A DNA stretch of 64,000 bases, from positions 1 through 64,000 of the forward strand of contig JAKMXF010000199.1 in the NCBI GenBank assembly GCA_024704765.1, in the 5' to 3' direction. The translations under genes were made by a program, and so were the position numbers. Below are positions 1 to 64,000 of this stretch, one piece after another. Source of the stretch: Oopsacas minuta (taxonomy: Eukaryota > Animalia > Porifera). Every line of letters starts with the position of its first letter. Within the stretch, counting starts at the first letter, position 1. The notes below the pieces were generated by a model. It did no database searches. It had not been told where the DNA came from and saw only the letters and a program-made list of their open reading frames with translations.

Positions 1-308
1 CGGTTTTTTGCCAGATTTTTGACTAGACTGTCAGCTTTGTTATCACACTAGTTGTGAAAAGCAGGGATGTTTGATGATGTGGCTTCACAATATACTAGAA
101 GCTTCGTCATACAATGGGCAGAAGAGACAACATATTTGCCTGTACAATGCTTCCACACAATTGTGTAGATATAGAGGTCCTATAAATAACATTTTCAGAA
201 ATCTGTGGTCATTGTCAGTTGAATTGTTCTGGTCATGAAAAGTGAACACCTCTCAAAAGTAAACATTTTGCTGGTCCGCAGGGCGTTCACCTTTTGGAGG
301 TTTTACTG
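1..308. mobile_element. pogo/Tigger-like (Tc1/mariner) MITE, right portion, cut by the window edge
   Basis: Ends in GGAGGTTTTACTG followed by TA (309-310). The first ~130 bp are nearly identical to 18021-18150 of the complete copy at 17833-18291. Confidence 0.8.
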
Positions 309-759
309 TATTTTAAAAAATATAAGTTACACTAAAAGTTTCTTCAACGAATATTATACTGCGTGGCCTGTTATATAAAACCTGTTCATCGACTAAATTC
401 TCCATACTAAGGATTAAAGGAAGTCCATATACTTATTCATAGTAATCATTTTAGTTACGTACGATACGATCAAAATAGTAAACCATGGCCATGGGTACAC
501 TTCTGCCAGATAAATGTATCATTGTCATTTGATATTTTACAATACACATGTTCTCTATCTACAAGTAGAAATTACGTTATCTGATTGCTTACTTTGCAAA
601 TTTGTCAACAAAATTCTCCTATTAATTGCCTATTTTGGAGTTTTTATAACTCTATCAAGAGTCAATAAATACATATACGATTGCATAATTTTTATTCAAA
701 GGGATGTATGGCTATGTTGGTACAAAATATCAAAATTTTTTTGATCATGTTTACACGTT

Positions 760-1540
760 CCAAAGTATAGTTACAACCATAGATGTCACATTTTAGATGA
801 TATATAACCAATTTCCCATGCCCTGGTAATACATTTCGATGAGATATCTCCAAAGAATATTGCGTCATAATCGCCAGAGATATCGTTTAAAATGTATTAT
901 CAGGGTATGGGAAATCGGGTATATATACTACATGTTCCAATACGATTTGAATACAACATTAAAGATTGTCAAGGTATTGATTAATATCAGCAAAAATGCG
1001 GCATCCATGGTTGCAACTATAACTCCAAAGCATTATAAAAATTAATTTGATAATTTGCATGAAAATAGCCTTGAATCTTATTGAATATATTATAAAGTTC
1101 AAGAACACCCAAATGCAACTGTGTACCAAATTTGATGCTTTTACCCGACTTGTCATTTCCGATAACAACCCTGAATATCATGACAATGTTTTGATATTTT
1201 ATATGGAAACATCCTTAGATCCAATGACGTAAATTTGTATCTTTAATGGTACTACGAATTCATATTTTGAAAGTATATGCATTAATCTATCAGATTATGT
1301 ATTGAAAATCTTCAGCAAAATTAAATGACCATATATGGTGTTGACTTTTGGTTAAGTCATTGTGCCTAGAATTACTGACTAATCTTGCTCAAAAGTCTTC
1401 TAGACGTTTCCGCCGTATGTGATACCTATTAATAGTTGATTTCATGACGATTTGTGAAATTCTTCATGATCAAATCAAATAGTATCAATGGCCTGGAAAT
1501 TATTTGGGCAATTCTATTCTTAGTAAGCCATGGCTACACT
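760..1540. repeat. Degenerate copy of the window's abundant foldback (palindromic) non-autonomous element family
   Basis: Shares the GAGATATC...AAAATGTATTATCAGGGTATGGGAAATCGGGTATATA core with 8700-8770, 5880-5960, 15040-15100 and 17390-17440. Boundaries are approximate. Confidence 0.55.
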
Positions 1541-2036
1541 ATTGATGGAAAATCAATTGTGAAGCAACCAGCCAAACAACAGAAAGTGGATATAAATTTA
1601 AAGTAGGAAAATCATAGAATGGCAGGGTTCACCTTACGTAAAGAATATTTAGTTATGTATAGAATGCTATGTATAAACACATGCAGCAAACAGTAGGATT
1701 CTACTAGCTGCTTCAATTTTAAATAATATGCGCTTTACTTTGAGTTGGTACTCCTCCAACCAACCAGAATATATAAATGAGAAGGTACCTATCTTTGGAA
1801 TTTGGAAAAATATTTCAGGTTAAAATGAATCATAATTATCCAATCTCAATCTAGAGATTCTAAACGACTTAGGTTACTGATTCTCACAGAGCTGATCACT
1901 GCCCGGATCACGGAGGTTGACTGTAATTGCAATAAAAGTATACAAAGTAGAGTGCATTTTATCTACTATGTATTTCTATCAATTAAAATTTATTAGAAAA
2001 CTAAATAGAAATATTTGGAAAAGTACATGTACTTAC

Positions 2037-57440
<55,404 letters not shown>

Positions 57441-59149
57441 CTATAGAAATTACGAAAAATAAAGAAAAGGCGTTTGGAAAGTATTTATTTTACGAATACG
57501 TATATATATACAACCGTGAACTACATAATTCACGATAAACGAATCAAAAAATTGTTCTGAATATTGAACATACACAATATTGACGAATAAAATATTTTAC
57601 TAAAATAACCATTGTCAGAGCATAGCATCCTCAATAAGGACTGATGCGTAGGATATTGACCCGCAAGTAGTTTTTCCAAAACATGAAATCGACTTTCATC
57701 CATGGTCACATAGCATTCGTATTTGTGACTTCCTAAAGTACCCACTACCTTTATTTTTGTTTCTAGATTTAACATCAACACCTTTATATTGACTTTTAAC
57801 ATTTTCGTCTTTATGGATGCGAACGAGTATAAAGCCAATCGTGAATACCTCCAGAGGAATATTATCACACATGAAATCAAGAGTGATAGCTATAGAAAGA
57901 AGAATTTGAATTGGCAAATGCCTCTTCCTCTGCTTCAATGCTAGCTACGACCCCTGTATTTTGACTACAACAACTTATCATTTGTAGAGTTTCAGAAAGG
58001 AGAACGGCAGAGTGAAATACTTGGAGATTCCACTTGCCCCAGAAATTGACAACATTATGGGATTTTGTCACAATGTCACTCATTCTGGAATCAACACTAC
58101 CATTGATGGAATAAGGAACAAATATGATTGGAGTGGCATATATAATGATGTCAGAACCTGTGAGTAACCACTTTTCAGAAACGCATTCTTAATATAAATA
58201 CATTAAGATTTTCTTTTCATATTCCAAAGTTAGGCCCAAATGTACACTTACTTGCCAACTGTCAAGTTTTGGAGGTACGTCCCGCCATTTCGGATATGGG
58301 TTGAGCCAAATGCACCGCCAAAAATTGCCAGTTTGTAGTCCAGTATAATGTAAATATGGCAAGTCCCGCGATGTCCCCGAAATTAGTTCTTTCCGTCCTG
58401 TTTTTTCTTTATTCCGGTTGGAAAATATGTTTTTGTCAATACGATCTCCACCCTAATCAAATGACATATCACTATCGCTATAAAATTAATCTGCGAAGAT
58501 GAACAAATTACAAGAAACAGACACTATATTGTGAATAATAAACCTCAGAAACAATTCTCAGCTGGAAAACAAATATGTTGCTACAAATTGTTCATTCTTT
58601 AATTATTTTATAGGATGAAAAACCTTAAATTATACATACATGCTGTTCCCCGTCCCCTTTTCATAGAAATCTTGCATGAGGAACAAGCAATTCACATTAT
58701 ATCGCAAAAAATCATTTCCTATTCTAGATTCGAACTTGCCATGACTGTCAAACCTCTACTGCTCTACCTCTTCAGCCACAAGGACAACTTCAATCTATTC
58801 CTCCCCCTTAAGAAACATGGTATCATTGTGGAATCGGTTGTGCAGTATAATTCCCGAACTGTGATCTCAGGACATTTTTGTAATCATACATGAGTAAAAT
58901 TGTAATTGCTTGGCCACTAAAGACTAAAATGTCTCAAGAAATATTGGATTGTTTACAGGAAATTAATCTCTCATTCGCCGTACCGAAAATCCTCCAAAAA
59001 GATAAGGACCATATTTCTGGAGCAAGGTAAATCATATTTTTGCACAAAGTTTTACTAATACTAATTGAAATTATTCATTGCATATATATAGTAAATTAAT
59101 ATACAGTTTTGAAGAAAGTCTTAGACAGTAGTATTTGCAGATACGATAA

Positions 59150-61406
59150 CACTGCCCTGCGTCAAATTTGCTGATTATTATCCATGGGTTGTTTTTAGTT
59201 AACTTGAGTATGCTGATTCTCAATCTGTCATCAGAATTCCCCTATCACGTCTCGTTTTTACTCAAATGTCATTTTAATGTAAGTCGATTTTTTTAAGTAC
59301 ACTTCCCTAGAATAAATGATTATATTTGATACATGTGTGAATTTTTGTCTTTTGAAATAAACAAATGAGTGCTTTATTGCATTTTCTAATTAGTCCCTTT
59401 AACCCCATTCTTTTCTACATAATTTGTTTTATTTTTATTTTTGTTATATACAGCTTTATTGTACTATAGTCTACTATTTGATATTTTATTATCATATGGC
59501 TTATCGGAGAAGGTGCAGTAATGATCCAGACGTCTTTTGTTAAAAAAGTATATTTAGGATATTTTGGAATGAGATTAAGTGATCAAGACAAAACATGAGC
59601 TCCACATACAGTGTGCCGATCTTGTGTAGAAAATTTGAGACAATGGACAAAAGGAATCAGAAAGAGTTTAAGTTTTGGAATTCCAATGATATGGAGAGAG
59701 CCACAAAATCATATTAGCGATGTTACTTTTGTATGGCGAATATTTATGGATTCAATGCTAAAACCAAGTCATTGATCAAGTATCCAAATTTACATTCAGC
59801 AATACGACCCGTTCCCCATTCTATTGATGTACCTGTTCCAAAATTTACTAATTTGGATGTTATCTCGGAAATTGATGATTGTGAAACTAGAGATTCATTA
59901 ATTAGAGAAGATGAGGATTTTATTCCGTGTGTATTACCTCGTTCTAATTTCCACAGTTATTTAATCAGTCTGAATTAAATGATTTGGTACGTGATTTAGA
60001 TTTACCTAAAGAATCTGCGGAGTTGTTAGGTTCTAGGCTAAAAGAAAAAAACTTGCTTCTCCCAGAAACAAAATTTTACTCATATAGGAACAGAGAGATC
60101 GAATTTTTGAAATATTTCATAATGGAAGACGGATTTGTGTTTTGTCATGATGTTTCACCGCTAGTTAATGCTCTTGGATGTCCGTATGTACCTAATGATT
60201 GGAGACTCTTTATTGATAGTTCAAAACAAAGTTTGAAATGTGTTCTACTTCATAATGGCAACAAATTTAGTTCCATACCAATTGGATATTCAGTAAGTTT
60301 AAAGGAACGATATGATAACATGAAAATTGTGCTTCATAAAATTAATTATAACCAGCACAATTGGGTAATCTGTGGTGACTTAAAAATCATATGCATTCTT
60401 TTGGGACAGCAATCAGGATATACAAAATACCCTTGTTTTTTATGCTTATGGGACAGTCGTGTAAAGAGCGAACACTATTCTAGACAGAGCTGGCCAGCTA
60501 GAACCAATCTTAATGTTGGAGATAAGAACATTATTCACGAGCCTCTAGTGGATCCTCTCAAGATTTTGCTTCCACCACTTCATATAAAATTAGGATTGAT
60601 GAAACAGTTTGTAAGGGCATTAGATAAAGAAGGAAATTGTTTCAAATATATTACCGAGAAGTTTTACTATCTAAGTGACGAAAAAAGAAAAGCCGGTATA
60701 TTCGACGGTCCTCAGATAAGACAACTTGTTCGAGATGATAATTTTTCAAATTTTATGATATGCAAAGAAAAATGTGCATGGAATGCATTTGCAAATGTCA
60801 TGAAATACTTCTTGGGAAATACGAAATCTCCTAATTATAAAATACTTGTGAATGAGTTGATTGAATCTTACAAGAATCTCGGCTGCAATATGAGTGTAAA
60901 AGTTCACTTTCTTCACAGTCATATTGACTATTTTCCAGAGAATCTTGGAGCTGTTTCCGAGGAGCAAGGTGAACGATTCCACCAAGACATAAAAACAATG
61001 GAAACACGATATCAGGGGAGGTGGGACGTTCATATGATGGCCAATTACTGCTGGTGCCTCAAGAGAGAGTGTATTGATGTTATTCATGCTAGAATGTCAA
61101 AAAAACGGAAATTTACTCCTGATTCAGACTAATATATTCAAATTTATTTATTAACTAAGATTATATTATCAATAAAAATTTTATTGTAATTCTTAGTAAA
61201 ATTTATAAATGGCAGATTTTCACTATTTTACTTATAGAGGTATCATGCATTCATCGATAAATATACCAATATTTTAAAATAATTTTGCAAAAAAACTAGA
61301 CGTGATACGTATATCTTGCACATTTTTCATAATCAGTATTAAAATGTGGATTAGAAATGTTTTGCAATAACAATCAGCAAATAAAATTTTTTTCCGCAGG
61401 GCTGTG
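59150..61406 (+). mobile_element. Chapaev3-type (CMC superfamily) DNA transposon, 2257 bp, with both ends intact
   Basis: TIRs CAC(T/A)GCCCTGCG and a 3-bp TSD TAA on both flanks (59147-49, 61407-09), matching the TWA TSD described for Chapaev3. Confidence 0.9.
59496..61132 (+). pseudogene. Chapaev3 transposase: N-terminal zinc-binding region broken, catalytic 382-aa part (59984..61132) still open
   Basis: The N-terminus CSNDPDVFC...QDKT*APHTVCRSC...WREPQNH..CYFC has a deletion, a TGA at 59596 and frameshifts. The C-terminus has FIDSSK.SLKCVLLHNG, CGDLK, GYTKYPCFLCLWDSR, LHIKLGLMKQFV, FDGPQIR, SEEQGERFHQD and MMANYCW. Confidence 0.9.
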
Positions 61407-62679
61407 TAATAAGATAAGAATAATCTAAGAGTTAAGCCAGTAATACCATGGTACACAATGCAACTTAGTTGCATATAACATGTTGCATTGTCAACACATT
61501 GTCGCAAAATATACTCTCAATGGAATTTTGCACCTTGATGGCTGGGCTAAATAATTAAAATCTAAAATTACAAGTCAGGCTGACAACTTAGTCTATCAAT
61601 TAAATTAGTTTAGAGTGGCACTATTAATTATGGGCAATATGTGTACTGAGGTGAAATTTGACATTCATAGTGCCTATAATTAATATTGCAACTCTAAACC
61701 AATTAAATTAATAGGCTACTAGTATGACATCATTATTACACCGTGAAATGTATCACATCCAACATCTACTATACTTCATCAATCACAAGTTGTATTTGAC
61801 CTTACAAAAACGGAGTTATGAGTATTCTAATATTCCGTCACTCCATGTTGACTTAACACAACATTACTAAAATACAATATTTTCGTAAATGTATGCAAAC
61901 GCTTATATTTCATCTAATTTTTCGGAATTTCACTTTTAGAAAATTTGTCTTGTCATCGTATTTGAATTTTCGCAAATAATATACTGTAGAACTAGGTTAG
62001 CAAGTGCTTTTCTTCAAAAAGGGATTCCTATATTTGCACTTATAGGAAAAGTATTCAGATAAAACCTATAAATTATTGATCCACGAGGGGATAAGCCTTA
62101 TCCAAGTTCGACTCTATATACTACTTAAACCGATTCTATGGTCTAATGTCAGAAAATACACCAACGGACGGTCATAATTTTGTAAGAATAAGGAAAATTC
62201 TCCAAGAAGCTGACATTTCTCTATAACGAAAAAATGTCCACAATGTGTCCGTTATTCGGAGACTCCACTGTAGTAGACTAAGGTTTTTTTATTATTTAAG
62301 TTAATCAGTAAGTGTCCTTGTCTGTGCCTGTTTGGGGTCCATTGATAGGGTTAGGACAATATGTAAGAATGGAATGCTACCAAATTCCTGCGTTGCTAGA
62401 GAAAAATATTCCCAAATTTCTTCGAGTGACCACCCAAGAAATTTCAATATAGAATATTAGGATAATTCGGGACAAAATGGATGTTTGGACAGTCTGATAT
62501 CAGGAACCTACAATGAATATGAAATGATATTACTCTGGTTAATGGGAATTTAGGAAAATGGGAACAAGTTTTGAGCGTCTGTTGGTGTTCGTATTCAGGC
62601 TACGGACTTTTTTCTACTGCAAATGTTCGATTCTAAAAAATTGCACAAGGTACCAGGAAATAGACTCTATTTCACATAC

Positions 62680-62827
62680 ATCACTAAAAGCGGCTAATTG
62701 ATGTATTTTTCACACAATTCCTATTTTGAAAATATTGACTTCAAAATAATTCAAATAGGGCCTGAAGTGGGCCTAGAAATAGGCCCAAATTGTGTGAAAA
62801 ATGCATAATTAAGCCGCTTTTAGTGAT
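62680..62827. repeat. Short palindromic MITE-like element
   Basis: ATCACTAAAAGCGGCT...TTTTTCACACAATT is mirrored by AATTGTGTGAAAAA...AGCCGCTTTTAGTGAT. Confidence 0.65.
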
Positions 62828-63594
62828 GAATATCAAATTGTGTGTATTTCCTGTCGCTTTGAGCAATATTTAAGAGTTGAACATTTCCCAATAGAAAATA
62901 GTATCTAGCCTTCATAACATTAGTATGAATGTATTTAAAATTTCTTATTCATGGGCTCCACTATCGTAATATATTGTTACTGAGAGTTTATCTCATCTAG
63001 TGTCAAAGGGTACAAAGGCCTAAAAGATTAAGAACCACTTGCCCTATTGTAAGCAAAATTTAAAATGAGACAAATCTACATCCTTGAATCTCGCTCTTAG
63101 ATTTCTAGTTAAGACCCAAAAATATGTATAAATCGAGAAATCAGCTCAGGAGCATACCTTAATTACAGTGCCGTAACTACATTTTGTGGGCCCCCAGCCA
63201 AATAAAGGTGGAGCCCCTCTTAAACAAATAATATATTTCTAAATGCCTATTAAATGTAACAATCTTTTCTCTTCATTTGTTTGCTATTGTGAAATTGGTT
63301 AGCAATTAAAAGGCCAAAATGTCTAATGAGGTATCAAAGGCAAGTAAAGTGGAACTCAGATACGGCATATCATTTCGGGAACCAAAAATTAGTGCGTATT
63401 ATTCGAGTCAACGTCCTATTACAAATGATCAGATGATATAAAGTGACCAAGGATTAGTGAAATAATACAAATTATCAAATGGGAATTCACCACCTTCATT
63501 CCATAATTCGAACCCTGACAATACTAGAAGATTATGAATCGAGTGCTCCACTCCAAGAGTGATACGAAAGATGATTTTAGGTTAATATCATTAA

Positions 63595-63736
63595 CCGAAT
63601 ACGGCCGGGAACTTTGTGATTTTATAATGTCAATAAGGTGATGAAATCTCGATTTGAGTGCGGGAAATTATTAAAACGAAGTGGAAAATTTTAGTGTTCC
63701 TTTTGGTTACGAACGTAACACTTCGGCCGTATTCGG
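63595..63736. mobile_element. piggyBac-type (TTAA-targeting) MITE, 142 bp
   Basis: 13-bp TIR CCGAATACGGCCG with TTAA on both flanks (63591-94, 63737-40). Confidence 0.75.
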
Positions 63737-64000
63737 TTAACAAATAGTTTTCTTTGACTGATATTTTATATAAATTTCGATATAAATATTACTTGGCGCT
63801 AAGGTTTTGCAAGGTGGCGCCACCCTGTCTATGCCCCTAGTTCGAAATAACTAAGTTGATTAACGAGGGTGTACTGTAGTTGTACGAATTAGATTGTACA
63901 GCTTAATACCGTTAATCAAAAAATGGTGCCTTTGTACAGAAGTCTGATAAAACGTACTCAAATAAAAGGATTTTCGAATGGATCATTTCGAATTACAGGC

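Overview
AT-rich, intron-containing eukaryotic DNA, most likely animal. A sponge-like genome is my inference from the transposon repertoire and cannot be proved from the sequence. One minus-strand gene dominates the window and runs off both edges. I reconstructed 9 exons (56490-57440, 40111-40677, 32508-34365, 25951-27110, 21143-23434, 19809-20189, 18457-18998, 12058-12613, 2037-2453) joined by 8 GT-AG introns with fully consistent phases. They give 8724 bp of uninterrupted reading frame (2908 aa) made of 23 tandem ~126-aa repeats (DxxxPxLxxFxLDLNxxxLxLxFSExV...LxGG...DLNxIK...LAT...TYL...IxDxxxN). The product looks like a giant secreted or cell-surface beta-sandwich glycoprotein of unknown function, with occasional C-x5-C loops, one containing RGD. 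The introns (0.8-15.8 kb) are full of transposon debris: a 1.4-kb Transib/RAG-type element with CACAGTG termini and 12/23-like asymmetric ends, a second RAG1-like transposase with a hAT inserted at its catalytic Asp, further hAT elements, a CR1/L2-like LINE, a MULE remnant, Helitron-like and pogo-like MITEs, and many long palindromes including one with 518-bp apparently identical arms. A Chapaev3 element with intact ends and a small TTAA-flanked (piggyBac-type) MITE lie upstream of the first visible exon. I found no rRNA, tRNA or CRISPR features.
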